Source of the DNA: Polyangiales bacterium
Lineage (GTDB): Bacteria; Myxococcota_A; Polyangia; Polyangiales; Polyangiaceae
Assembly: GCA_038230375.1 (NCBI GenBank)
Contig: JBBRNJ010000079.1
Span: forward strand, 1 to 39,878
Reading direction: 5' to 3'
Length of the DNA stretch: 39,878 bases
A program made the position numbers and the translations under genes. Each line of letters begins with the position of its first letter. Position 1 is the first letter of the stretch. Positions 8,868-18,418 of this stretch are shown in pieces. The notes under the pieces were generated by a model. It ran no database searches and was not told where the DNA came from. It saw only the letters and a list, made by a program, of their open reading frames with translations.

Positions 8868-10795
8868 GCTTTCTCTCATGGTTCGCGCTCGGCGTGGCGT
8901 TGCTCGCCGTCGTCCCCTACCTGGCGCACCGCCTTCGGCGCAGGAAGAGCGACGACAAGCCCTTCGCGTTCGCCCGCCTGGTCCCCGCCACGGAGCCGCA
9001 GGCGCGGCGCCGCTCCGAGCTCACGGACAAATCGCTGTTCGGTCTTCGCGCTCTCTCCGTCCTGCTGCTCGCGCTTCTGGGCGCGACGCCGTTCGTGCGC
9101 TGCTCACGCCTCTCGCTCGATCGCGGCGGCGCGTCCGTTGCGCTCGTGCTGGTCGTGGACGACTCCATGAGCATGCGAGCGAAGGACGGCGGCGAGTCCT
9201 CGCGCTTCACGCGCGCGATCGCAGGCGCACGTCAGCTGCTCTCTTCCACGCGCGAAGGTGACGCTGTCGCAGTGGTCCTTGCCGGCTCGCCCCCGCGCGT
9301 GGCGCTGGCCGCATCCACGGATATCAACGCCGCGCGCTCCACGCTGGACACGCTCACACCGTCCGATCGCGCGACCGACATCGACGGCGCGCTGGCCATG
9401 GCGCGCTCGCTGGTCGCGTCGCTCCCGCAGGCGGACAAGCGCATCGTCCTTTTGTCCGACCTGGCCGATGGCACGGACACGCCGCTCCCGGACGACCCCG
9501 CCTTGTGGGTGCCCATGCCGGAGCTCCCGAAGGAGGTCGGCGACTGCGCCGTGCTCTCCGCCGACCGCAGCCCCAAGGAGGTGCGCGTCGAGATCGCCTG
9601 CTCTCCAAAGGCGACCGCGGAGGGCCGCGACATCGAGCTCCGCGGCGGCGAGCGCGTGCTCGCGAAGGTGAAGGCGCCTGGCGGTCCGCACGCGAGCGTC
9701 GTGCTGCCGATCGATCCACGCTCCACGGAAGATCTGGACGTGGTCATGACCGGCGTCGATGCCATCGCCGAGGATGATCGCGCCGCAGTGGTGCTCGAAG
9801 GCAGCGCGACCTCCATCGGCGTCGTCGGCGACACTGTGGAGGAGGTGACCGCGACCGGTGGCGCGCCCGTGGTGGAGCAAGCACTCGCCGCGTTGCGCAC
9901 CGATCTAGACGTGAGGCCGCTCGCCGATCTGCCGGACAAGGTCGCGGACCTCCGGCCCTATGCGGGCCTGGTCTTCGACGATCCGCCGGGCTTCACACCG
10001 GAGGCGCGACGCGTGATCGAGGACTACCTTGCGCGCGGAGGCGTCGTGCTTCTTGCGCTTGGTCCGCGCGCGAGCCGTGCGCCGCTGGGCGCGGCCTTCA
10101 CGCCGCTCCTTGGCACGGTGCCCACGTGGGAGACGGCGGCGTCCGTGCGCGACAAGAGCGTGAAGGCGGGCGAAGGACCGCTGGGTGATTCCGCGCAGAG
10201 CCTGGTCGGCCTGGATCCAAAGGGCCGCGCCGAGCTCGCGGATGACGACGCGCGCGGCTTCTCGCGCTGGCTGTCGTGGAGCGACGGGCCTCTGTTCCTT
10301 GGACAGCGCGAGCTCGGCAAGGGCGAGGCGATGGTCATCACGCTCCCGTTCGCGCTGGACCAGAGCGATCTGCCGCTGCGCCCAGGCTTCCTGGCGATCC
10401 TGGATTCATTCGTGGCGCGTGCGCGTGCACGGCTCTCTCCCCGGCGCAGTGACGCTGGCGCGAGCATCACGGTCGCGGACGCAGCCGTCATCAAGGGGCC
10501 GAGCGGCAGCATCAGTCACGCGCGCGAGGCCGGCGTCTCGCGTGCCGTACTTCCGGAGATCGGCCGCTACGTGATCAACGTGCAGGACCGCACGGAGGTA
10601 CGGGTGGTGGCGCCGATTCCTCGCGAGCTATACCTGCGTCCACGCGCAGCGCCGCAGGGTGGGCACGCGAAGGTGGGCGCCGCGCCGGGCGCCAAGCTGG
10701 ATATCTCCTGGGTGATCGCGCTGGGGCTCCTCTTGCTGTTCGCCGCAGAGATCGTCATGCGTGTCTTCGTCCGCACCGACCCGGCGACCTCGTAG
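8864..10795 (+). CDS. BatA N-terminal / VWA domain membrane protein
   Basis: GTGA overlap with DUF58 stop; BatA-type SFL..ALLAVVPYLAHRLRRR; MIDAS VVDDSMSM, ATD, VLLSD; SDLPLRPGF; C-terminal TM. Confidence 0.88.
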   Translation: MSFLSWFALGVALLAVVPYLAHRLRRRKSDDKPFAFARLVPATEPQARRRSELTDKSLFGLRALSVLLLALLGATPFVRCSRLSLDRGGASVALVLVVDDSMSMRAKDGGESSRFTRAIAGARQLLSSTREGDAVAVVLAGSPPRVALAASTDINAARSTLDTLTPSDRATDIDGALAMARSLVASLPQADKRIVLLSDLADGTDTPLPDDPALWVPMPELPKEVGDCAVLSADRSPKEVRVEIACSPKATAEGRDIELRGGERVLAKVKAPGGPHASVVLPIDPRSTEDLDVVMTGVDAIAEDDRAAVVLEGSATSIGVVGDTVEEVTATGGAPVVEQALAALRTDLDVRPLADLPDKVADLRPYAGLVFDDPPGFTPEARRVIEDYLARGGVVLLALGPRASRAPLGAAFTPLLGTVPTWETAASVRDKSVKAGEGPLGDSAQSLVGLDPKGRAELADDDARGFSRWLSWSDGPLFLGQRELGKGEAMVITLPFALDQSDLPLRPGFLAILDSFVARARARLSPRRSDAGASITVADAAVIKGPSGSISHAREAGVSRAVLPEIGRYVINVQDRTEVRVVAPIPRELYLRPRAAPQGGHAKVGAAPGAKLDISWVIALGLLLLFAAEIVMRVFVRTDPATS

Positions 10796-10807
10796 AGGTT
10801 TGGTGGT

Positions 10808-11374
10808 ATGACGCGTTCAATGCGGAACCTCGCTGCGGTCTCGGTCTTTGTGCTCGCCCTTGCCGCAATGGTCGGGTGTCACAACCCCGGTCCCTACGGA
10901 CATGCGCCCAACTACGCGCCCCTCTCCGACGAGGAGACCGCGGTCTCGGGCGCGCGCGAGTATGACCCGGTCATGTTCCAGCGGCAGCCCGAGGAGTGGC
11001 GACAGAAGCCCAGCTTCTTCTTCGGCATCGTGACCGCGCGCTCGGCCGGTCCTTCCGGCATGGCGCAGGTGAAGCTCTCCGTGCGTCGCCTGGAGCCGCG
11101 GAACCTCTGCGCGAACTCCAACGATGAGGACTCGTGCCGCGTGACCGTCAGTGACAAGGACTACGGCGTGGTGACCGCGGCGCTGTCGCTCAAGGGTGAG
11201 GACGACGTGGGCGACAAGTCCGTGGGCGGCGGCTCGCTCCTGCGCGTGACGGGCACGTTCGGTCAAGAGGTGGATCCGCAAGACGGCTCTCCGCTTCTGC
11301 GCGCCACGTACTACCGGCATTTTCCCCGCGGATTCTACGTCACGTCGCGCGCCTCCGAGGTGATGCGGCAATGA
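10808..11374 (+). CDS. Hypothetical lipoprotein (possibly OB-fold-like)
   Basis: Lipobox AMVGC; Cys pair; GSLLRVTGTF strand. Alternative start 10820. Confidence 0.7.
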   Translation: MTRSMRNLAAVSVFVLALAAMVGCHNPGPYGHAPNYAPLSDEETAVSGAREYDPVMFQRQPEEWRQKPSFFFGIVTARSAGPSGMAQVKLSVRRLEPRNLCANSNDEDSCRVTVSDKDYGVVTAALSLKGEDDVGDKSVGGGSLLRVTGTFGQEVDPQDGSPLLRATYYRHFPRGFYVTSRASEVMRQ

Positions 11375-12510
11375 CCGAAGGTGCCGGCACGAAGCGGCGC
11401 CTCTTGCTCCCGGCGCTCAGCACCGCGCACTCGCATGCGTTCCAGCGCGCGATGCGCGGCAGAGGACAGCGTCCCAAGGAGAAGAACGCGGACGACTTCT
11501 GGACGTGGCGCGGGCAGATGTATCGCACCGCATCGGAGCTCACGCCGGAGTCGTACGCGAAGATCGCGCGCGTGGCCTTCCGCGAGCTCCGCGCCGCCGG
11601 CGTCCGCACGGTGGGGGAGTTCCACTACATCCACCACCAGGCAGACGGCACGCCATACGACGACCGCACGCTCATGAGCGACGTCGTCATCGAAGCCGCG
11701 CGCGACGCCGGCCTTCGCATCGCGCTTCTTCGCTGTGCATACGCACGCGCGGGGCAGGATCGCGAGGCCGAGCCGGGGCAGCGGCGCTTCTGCGATCCCA
11801 CGCCAGACGCGGTCCTCGCCGACGTGGACGCGCTCCGCAAGAAGTATGCAGGCCAGGCCAACGTCACGATCGGCCTTGCGCCCCACTCGGTTCGTGCGGT
11901 GCCGCCCGCGTGGCTGCCGGTGTTCGCGGAGTACGCAAGGCGCGCGGACATGCCGCTGCACATGCACGTGGCGGAGCAGCCGCGCGAGATCGACGAATGC
12001 CTGGCGGAGACGGGCAAGCGGCCCATGGAGCTGTGCGAGGAGCGCGGCATGCTCGGTCCTCGCTTCGTCGCGGTGCATGCAACGCACCTGCTCCCGCACG
12101 AAGCCAAGCTGCTGGGCGACGCGCAGGGCTTCGCGTGCATCTGCCCCACCACGGAGCGCGATCTGGGCGACGGCCTTGCCGACTTCGAGCACCTGCGCTC
12201 CTCGGGCGTCCGCCTCTGCACGGGCATCGATAGCCACACGATCACCGACCCCATCGAGGAGCTCCGCTCGCTCGAGACCCACGAGCGCCTGCGCCGAAGA
12301 TCACGCGTGACGTTCGCGCCCGAAGGAAGCACGCCCGCGGAGCAGCTCTGGAAGGAGGGCTCGCAAAACGGCGCGCTCGCCGTGGGCTTCGCCGACGTGG
12401 GCGGCCAGATCGAGATCGACCTCGACCACCCCCAGCTCGCGCTCGTGGAGCCGGGCTTCGAGCTGGACGCGATCGTCTTCGGAGCGAGCTCCGCCGTGGT
12501 CATAGGCTAA
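11371..12510 (+). CDS. hutF: Formimidoylglutamate deiminase (amidohydrolase superfamily)
   Basis: HSHAFQRAMRG, DFWTWR..MY, VGEFHYIHH, APHSVRAV, HMHVAEQ..E, AVHATH, CPTTERDLGDG, GIDSH; ATGA overlap with upstream gene. Confidence 0.9.
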   Translation: MTEGAGTKRRLLLPALSTAHSHAFQRAMRGRGQRPKEKNADDFWTWRGQMYRTASELTPESYAKIARVAFRELRAAGVRTVGEFHYIHHQADGTPYDDRTLMSDVVIEAARDAGLRIALLRCAYARAGQDREAEPGQRRFCDPTPDAVLADVDALRKKYAGQANVTIGLAPHSVRAVPPAWLPVFAEYARRADMPLHMHVAEQPREIDECLAETGKRPMELCEERGMLGPRFVAVHATHLLPHEAKLLGDAQGFACICPTTERDLGDGLADFEHLRSSGVRLCTGIDSHTITDPIEELRSLETHERLRRRSRVTFAPEGSTPAEQLWKEGSQNGALAVGFADVGGQIEIDLDHPQLALVEPGFELDAIVFGASSAVVIG

Positions 12511-12524
12511 GCGCACGCACGCGG

Positions 12525-13517
12525 TCAGCCGCTTTTGCCAGTGCTCTGCCAGCGCTTTGCGGCGCGGCGGTAGGTGCCCACGTCTGCGAAGCCCAGGAGC
12601 TCCGCGATCTTTTCGTCGGCGACTCCGCGCTGCACCATGCCCTCGGAGCAGCGCCGTCGCGCCTGCTCGACCACATCGCGGAACTGCGTGCCCTCGTCGC
12701 GCAGCCGTCGCTGGGCCGTGCGCACCGTCACCCCGAGGTGCTTCGCGACCGTCGTGAGGTCCGCGTGCGCAAAGCCCACCTCGCCTTCTATCGCGCGCGC
12801 AATCGACTGCGAGAACGGCGCGTCTGCGCCCGTTTGCTTCGCCTTCGTCGCCTGCCGTGAGAGGTAGTCGAACACCACGCCATCGGCGGAGCGCAGCGGG
12901 CTTCGCGCGGCTTCCGTGGGGATCGCAAAACCAGAGCTCGCCGCACCAAAGGTCACGGGACAGCCGAAGTGCTCCGAGACCCGCGCGCGGTCGCGCTCAC
13001 CGCCACGCCCATGACCAAACCATGCGCACACGAGCGGTAGCTCGCGCGCCGCGACCAGGCGCAGGCCGCGCAGCAGGTAGGCGACGGTCAGCTCGTTCAT
13101 GTGCGGGCCCAGCGCATCGCGTTGCCCGGGCACCATGTAGTGGATCTCCGCGCCTCGCTTGGTCTCCTCGTAGCGGAACTGGCCTATGGGATTCACCAGC
13201 GACGCGTGCTCCGCCAGGGCCGCGAGCCCCGCGCTCACCGTCGGCGCCGTGCGGACCAGGAGCTCGGCTGCGTCGTAGGTGCCCTCGGGCACAGTGTCGG
13301 CAAGGTGCAGCCCGAGCAGCGGATCATGCGCGAGCCGCGCTGCCTCCTCGAAGAGCGCACGCACGCGCGACAGCGGCACGGTGCACGGCGCGCTCGCCGC
13401 GGACTGCGGTAGGCCCACCGACACGAGCAGCGCGTCCGCCTCCTTGCCACGCAGCCCGAGCCGCGCGAGGACCAGCCCCGTCAGACGGAAGGAAAAGAGC
13501 GGCTCCTTCTTCGGCAT
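12525..13517 (-). CDS. AraC-family transcriptional regulator (OruR/ArgR-like N-domain)
   Basis: DPLLGLHLA, FGCPVTFGA, VAKHLGVTVRTAQRRLRDEGTQF, IAELLGFAD..YRRAAKRW. Confidence 0.92.
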   Translation of the reverse strand: MPKKEPLFSFRLTGLVLARLGLRGKEADALLVSVGLPQSAASAPCTVPLSRVRALFEEAARLAHDPLLGLHLADTVPEGTYDAAELLVRTAPTVSAGLAALAEHASLVNPIGQFRYEETKRGAEIHYMVPGQRDALGPHMNELTVAYLLRGLRLVAARELPLVCAWFGHGRGGERDRARVSEHFGCPVTFGAASSGFAIPTEAARSPLRSADGVVFDYLSRQATKAKQTGADAPFSQSIARAIEGEVGFAHADLTTVAKHLGVTVRTAQRRLRDEGTQFRDVVEQARRRCSEGMVQRGVADEKIAELLGFADVGTYRRAAKRWQSTGKSG

Positions 13518-13547
13518 CGACGACCGCGATCATAGCCAGAAACGCGG

Positions 13548-14750
13548 TCACTTGCGCGAGACGATGAGCTGCCTCGTGACGCCGTAGTTGGCCGAATTCG
13601 CATACAGCGAGACGATGTTCTCGCCCGGCGCGCCCGTGAACGCGGCGGATGCAGCGATCTTGAGCGTCAACGTGTCGCCGGCCTTCGCGGTCTTCCCGCC
13701 CAGCGTCACCGTGAGCGCCGTGGTCGACGCGTACGCAGTGACGGAGAACGGCGCGAGTGGCCCGTCCGCGTACACGTACACCGGGATCTCGATCGAGGTC
13801 CCCGGCGGGACCGTCACCTCGGTGGGGCTCGCGTAGATCCCGAACATCGGCCCCGCAGGTGCAGGAACGCACGGGCGCGCGCCCGCCTTCGCTGCCGCGT
13901 TGGAGTAGTTGAGCGTCACCATGTGGCCCTCGACCTTCATGGGATGGCCCCCGCAAAGATCCGCGTTCTCGCCTGGCTGCGGCGTGCTCGGCGTCTGGCT
14001 CGTGATCACCCACGTGGGGTTCTGCGCGTCCGGATCGCTGGATGCCTCCATGACCTCGTGACTCGCGCCCCACGTGGTGAAGTCAGTGGGCGTCATGCCG
14101 AACGTGTCCGTGCATCGCGGCGTGACGGAATAGACGGCCAGCGCCATGCCGCCCTCGCCCGCGTACTGGAATGAGCTGTGGTACGCCTGGAAGTCCGTGC
14201 ACCCGGTGGTGCCGAAGCTCGTGACGATCGTGCCCTTCGGCGGATAGACCATGTAGATGCGGCTGCCGTTGGGCGCGGGCACCTTGCCCTGCGTGATCGC
14301 GTCGGTGAGCAGCGCCTGGATGGCAGCGTCGTCCATCATCACGGGGGCTGCCGTGTCGATCGAATACGCGCCGCCGTGCGAGCCCGCGCCCACGCCCCAC
14401 TCCGCCATCATGGTCGTGAACAGAGAGGAGGTAGGGAGCCACGTGTCGAACGCGACCAGGTCCGCAGCAATGGTGTCCCCCTTCCACGTGACTGACACCA
14501 GCTCCGGCGACTTGATGATCGGTCCGCCGTTGTTCGGAATCAGCTCGAGTGGAGGCGGCGGCGGCGCCTTCGCCGTGGCATCCGTGTCGGCGTCTCCTGC
14601 CGCGCCGTCCGTACCGATCGCGGCGTCACTCCCACCGTCAGGATTGGCACGGTTTGACCCGCTGTCTTCCGTGCTGCTGCACGCTGAAATGCCTAGAATT
14701 CCGACCGATGCGGAGAGGATGCATGCAATGGCGACGCGACGGGTGAACAT
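13548..14750 (-). CDS. Lipoprotein with Phi-1/EXORDIUM-like domain and C-terminal Ig-like domain
   Basis: Signal ending ISAC; DGG/DA linker; NNGGPII, AYHS, SHEVMEASSDP, GENADLC; Thr/Ala-rich beta C-terminus. Confidence 0.7.
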   Translation of the reverse strand: MFTRRVAIACILSASVGILGISACSSTEDSGSNRANPDGGSDAAIGTDGAAGDADTDATAKAPPPPPLELIPNNGGPIIKSPELVSVTWKGDTIAADLVAFDTWLPTSSLFTTMMAEWGVGAGSHGGAYSIDTAAPVMMDDAAIQALLTDAITQGKVPAPNGSRIYMVYPPKGTIVTSFGTTGCTDFQAYHSSFQYAGEGGMALAVYSVTPRCTDTFGMTPTDFTTWGASHEVMEASSDPDAQNPTWVITSQTPSTPQPGENADLCGGHPMKVEGHMVTLNYSNAAAKAGARPCVPAPAGPMFGIYASPTEVTVPPGTSIEIPVYVYADGPLAPFSVTAYASTTALTVTLGGKTAKAGDTLTLKIAASAAFTGAPGENIVSLYANSANYGVTRQLIVSRK

Positions 14751-14763
14751 GGTTGCACGCGGA

Positions 14764-14779
14764 AGCAAGGCCCGTACCT
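14764..14779 (-). promoter_or_regulatory. Candidate sigma-54 (-24/-12) promoter for the 14750 gene
   Basis: Minus strand AGGTACGGGCCTTGCT has GG-N10-GC spacing and resembles TGGCACG-N4-TTGCW. Confidence 0.4.
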
Positions 14780-14870
14780 GCCGCAATCCCGACATGGCTT
14801 GTCGCCTTCGGCGGCTCATTTGGCGCGAGTAGTTCGTGCATGTCGGGCGGGTTCGCGGCAGGGTGCCGTC

Positions 14871-16658
14871 GTGCACCGCATCACCGGAAGAGTGTCCATG
14901 GCCGGGGCGCTCATCGCGCTCACCATCAACGTCGCCTGTCAGAAGGACAGCGGAGGTCCGAGCGCTGCCGCGGATCTTTGCGCGCTGTCGGAGGCGCCGC
15001 TCACGTCCGTTCCGCCGCGCACACCGCGCTGGGCGTTCGAGCCGTGGATCAGCAAGGACATCTCCACGCGCGACGACACCTATGCATTCGTGTCCGGCTT
15101 CCAGTCACGCGGCATCCCTGTGGGCACGGTGGTGCTCGATAGCCCGTGGGAGACGAACTACAACACGTTCGTCCCGAGCCCCACGCGCTACGGGGACTTC
15201 CCCGGCCTGGTCTCCGACATGCACGCGCGCGGCGTGCGCGTGGTGCTCTGGACGACCATGTTCGTGAATAGCACCAGCTTCGACCTGGAGCCCGGTGGAG
15301 ACACATACCCCGGCGCCGCGGACACGCTCGCGCACGGCGAGGACTGCAGCTACTTCGTGGACGATGGCGCCACGTATCCGTGGTGGAAGGGGAAGGGCGC
15401 GGCCCTGGACTTCTTCAACGGGAGCGCGCGCGCGTGGTCGCATGCGCAGCAAGATGTCGTGCTGAACGCCGGCATCGACGGATGGAAGCTCGACTTCGGT
15501 GAGAACTACGTGGGGGGCATGCACAGCAACATCGCCACCGCGGACGGTGACAAGACGCGGCAGGAGTACGGCGAGCGCTACTACCAGGACTTCCTGGAAT
15601 ACGGCCGCTCCTCGCGCGGCCGCGAGTTTCTCACCATGACGCGCGCGTGGGACGAGTCGTACGGCTTCGCGGGGCGCTTCTTCGCGAAGAAGGAGCACTC
15701 GCCCATCTCGTGGATGGGTGACAACCGTCGCGACTGGTTCGGGCTGAAGGACGCGCTCACGGAGTCGTTCATCTCGGCGCGGGCGGGCTACGTGGCGGTG
15801 GGCTCGGACCTGGGCGGCTATCTGGACCGCGATGACCTGAACCTCACGGGCCCGCAGATCCCGTTCGACACGATGGTCTTCGCGCGATGGACCGCAGTGA
15901 GCGCGCTCTCCCCGCTCATGCAGCTGCATGGCCGCGCCAACATCACGCCGTGGACGGTGCCGGACCACGTGGACGAGACAGTTGTAAACTACAAGTATTG
16001 GGCGCAGCTGCACCACGCGCTGGTGCCGTTCATGTACTCGCTCGCGGAGGAGACATACGCGGGGCACGGCACATCCATCCTGAGGCCCGTGGCAGATGCG
16101 TCCTCCACCACCGACTTCCGTTACATGCTCGGCGAGGCGCTGCTGGTCGCGCCCATCCTGGACGCCACCGGCAAGGCGGACGTCGCGCTGCCAGGCGGCG
16201 CTTCCTACGTGGACTTCTTCACCGGCGAAGAGGCCACGGGCGGCACCATGGTCACGCGCGACTACTCGGCGGACCGGAAGCACATCCCGCTCTTCGCCAG
16301 GACGGGCGCGATCATTCCCATGAACGTGGACGGCGACGCGCTGGGGTTTGGACCTTACGCAGGCGCGCTCACCGTGCTGATGTGGCCGGGGCCCACCGCG
16401 AGCACGTTCGCATTGCACGACGAGAAGGACGCCGTGACCACGCTCGGCACCAGCGCAACGAGCACGGAGCTTCATGCGACCGCGAGCGCAGCTCCCGCGC
16501 CGATCGTCCTTCGCCTGCACGATCTGCGTGCCCCCACCGCGGTGACCGTTAACGGCGGAGCGGGTGATTTCACGTACGACGCGGCCGCGCATGTGATCGT
16601 GGTGCAGGTGCCCGCGTCGAGCGGTGCCGTGAACGTGGTGGTCACGCGCGGCATGTGA
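14871..16658 (+). CDS. Glycoside hydrolase family 31 lipoprotein
   Basis: VLDSPW, GWKLDFGE nucleophile motif, WMGDN acid/base, GSDLGGY, MQLHG, YMLGEALLVAPI, IPLFARTGAIIP; signal ending NVAC. Start 14871 or 14898. Confidence 0.9.
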   Translation: MHRITGRVSMAGALIALTINVACQKDSGGPSAAADLCALSEAPLTSVPPRTPRWAFEPWISKDISTRDDTYAFVSGFQSRGIPVGTVVLDSPWETNYNTFVPSPTRYGDFPGLVSDMHARGVRVVLWTTMFVNSTSFDLEPGGDTYPGAADTLAHGEDCSYFVDDGATYPWWKGKGAALDFFNGSARAWSHAQQDVVLNAGIDGWKLDFGENYVGGMHSNIATADGDKTRQEYGERYYQDFLEYGRSSRGREFLTMTRAWDESYGFAGRFFAKKEHSPISWMGDNRRDWFGLKDALTESFISARAGYVAVGSDLGGYLDRDDLNLTGPQIPFDTMVFARWTAVSALSPLMQLHGRANITPWTVPDHVDETVVNYKYWAQLHHALVPFMYSLAEETYAGHGTSILRPVADASSTTDFRYMLGEALLVAPILDATGKADVALPGGASYVDFFTGEEATGGTMVTRDYSADRKHIPLFARTGAIIPMNVDGDALGFGPYAGALTVLMWPGPTASTFALHDEKDAVTTLGTSATSTELHATASAAPAPIVLRLHDLRAPTAVTVNGGAGDFTYDAAAHVIVVQVPASSGAVNVVVTRGM

Positions 16659-16679
16659 TGCGGTGATATGCTTCGCGGC

Positions 16680-17375
16680 ATGCAGGCGCCGAGCGACTGG
16701 TTTACGTTGATCGACAGCTTCGAGGAGACCACCGCCGCGCTCCGAGCCATGCCCGAGGCCGACGCGACCAAGGCGTCGCAGGCGCTGATGGAGCAAGCGC
16801 TCGACGTCCTGCTTCGCACGGCGGACACGCCCGCCAAGATGGAAAAGCTCTGCGTCTGGCACACGGACAGGCTCTATCGCCTCACGAACCAGGTCGAGCT
16901 GCTCGACGCCGCGTCCTTCTCGTTCCTGCGCGCGGTGGGCGCGGTCTTCGGCGTGGTGACGAAGCAGCGGAAGATGAGCGTCGCGTACCTGGTCGACAAC
17001 GACATGCCGATGGACCGGCTGCTCGGCGTGCGCGCAGCGTTCAACGCGCTCGGCTTCGTGGTAGCCAGCCCCGAGCTTCTTGCCATCGAGCTCTCGAAAG
17101 AATCCGCCGCTCACGCCTCCAGAGCCGACCCGGATGCAGCGCTACGCGAGGAGTCGCTCGCCGTCGCCACGCGGCTGTTCCGCGAGACCGTTGCAGAGTG
17201 CAAGCATGTGATGTGGCTGTCCGGCACTGCGACCACCAAGGACCTGGTGTCGCTCGCCGCATGGCTCGACGACGCGCCCTACGTGGGCGTGTTCAGGAAC
17301 GACGCCCCGGTGGATGACACCACGGTGCAGCTGTTTCGCTCTGCGGGTCGAAGCGATCCGCTCGCGTTCGGGTGA
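16680..17375 (+). CDS. Hypothetical protein
   Basis: GC3-biased ORF filling the gap; TGaTATGCT 7 nt before ATG 16680; no motif recognised. Confidence 0.65.
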   Translation: MQAPSDWFTLIDSFEETTAALRAMPEADATKASQALMEQALDVLLRTADTPAKMEKLCVWHTDRLYRLTNQVELLDAASFSFLRAVGAVFGVVTKQRKMSVAYLVDNDMPMDRLLGVRAAFNALGFVVASPELLAIELSKESAAHASRADPDAALREESLAVATRLFRETVAECKHVMWLSGTATTKDLVSLAAWLDDAPYVGVFRNDAPVDDTTVQLFRSAGRSDPLAFG

Positions 17376-17376
17376 G

Positions 17377-18402
17377 TCACTTCTTCGGCACCGCGTAGTG
17401 ACGCTCGATGCCGAAGAGGTCGCCGTCTCCCAGACCCTCGCGCACGCCTGCCTCGATCTCCCCCATGATCGCGCGAAGCGCCGGCAGCTTGAGCCCCGCT
17501 CCGTGCGCAAGCTCCACGACCAGCGCAGCGTCCTTCATGGCAAGCGACAGAGGGAACTCTGGCGTCCAGTCGCGCGTGAGCACCTTGGCCTTCTTTCCCT
17601 GGTAGCTGGGCGTTGCGAACGCGCCGCTCGTGAACGCGTCCACCACGACCTCGCGCGAGAGGCCCACGCGCTCGCCCAGGGCGAGCATGCTCGCGAACGC
17701 GACGAAGTGGTGCGCGCCCAGCCCGTTGAGGACCGTCTTCAGCGACTGCCCCGCGCCAATGGGACCGGCATGGATGACCTTCTTGCACATCGCGCGGAGG
17801 TGCTCCTCCGCCTTGGTGAGCGCGCGTGGTGAACCGCCGACCAGCGCCACGAGCTCGCCCTTGGCGGCCGGCACCACGGAGCCGGACACCGGTGCATCCA
17901 GGAACTGCGCGCGTTGCGCCTCTACCAGCGCGGCCGCCTCGACCGCAGCGAGTCTTCCGGATGTGGACATGTCCACCACCACGGTGCGGCTCTTGCGGGT
18001 GGCTGCGCCGCGCGCAAGGCCTGCGATCACGCCGTCCTTGCCCAGGAGCACCTCACGCAGAGCCTGTGCGTCGGTGAGCATCAAGAACACAATACGTGCA
18101 TTCTGCACGCAATCCGCCGGCGTCCGCGCCACCAGCGCCCCTGCCTTGGCCACGCCCGCGCACGAGGACTTGGTGCGCGACCATACGGTGAGCGGGACTC
18201 CCGCCTGGGTCAGGCGCATCGCCATCGGGTGACCCATGGCGCCGATCCCGAGGAACGCAGCGGGGGCGAGCACCGCATCAGGAACGAACGGCGCGCTCTC
18301 GAGCGGCGCGCGCACCGGAAACGCAAGGCGAAGGCTGACGGCGCCTCGCGACCGCGGAGTCTTGGGCTCTTGAGGTGTTCTCGACTTCCGCTTCTCGCTC
18401 AT
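17377..18402 (-). CDS. NAD(P)-dependent beta-hydroxyacid dehydrogenase (3-hydroxyisobutyrate dehydrogenase family)
   Basis: FLGIGAMG, VDMSTS, FLDAPVSGS, GAGQSLK..LN, F.LSLAMKD; basic N-terminal extension makes the start uncertain. Confidence 0.92.
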   Translation of the reverse strand: MSEKRKSRTPQEPKTPRSRGAVSLRLAFPVRAPLESAPFVPDAVLAPAAFLGIGAMGHPMAMRLTQAGVPLTVWSRTKSSCAGVAKAGALVARTPADCVQNARIVFLMLTDAQALREVLLGKDGVIAGLARGAATRKSRTVVVDMSTSGRLAAVEAAALVEAQRAQFLDAPVSGSVVPAAKGELVALVGGSPRALTKAEEHLRAMCKKVIHAGPIGAGQSLKTVLNGLGAHHFVAFASMLALGERVGLSREVVVDAFTSGAFATPSYQGKKAKVLTRDWTPEFPLSLAMKDAALVVELAHGAGLKLPALRAIMGEIEAGVREGLGDGDLFGIERHYAVPKK

Positions 18403-18418
18403 GGCACGGGTAGATTAC

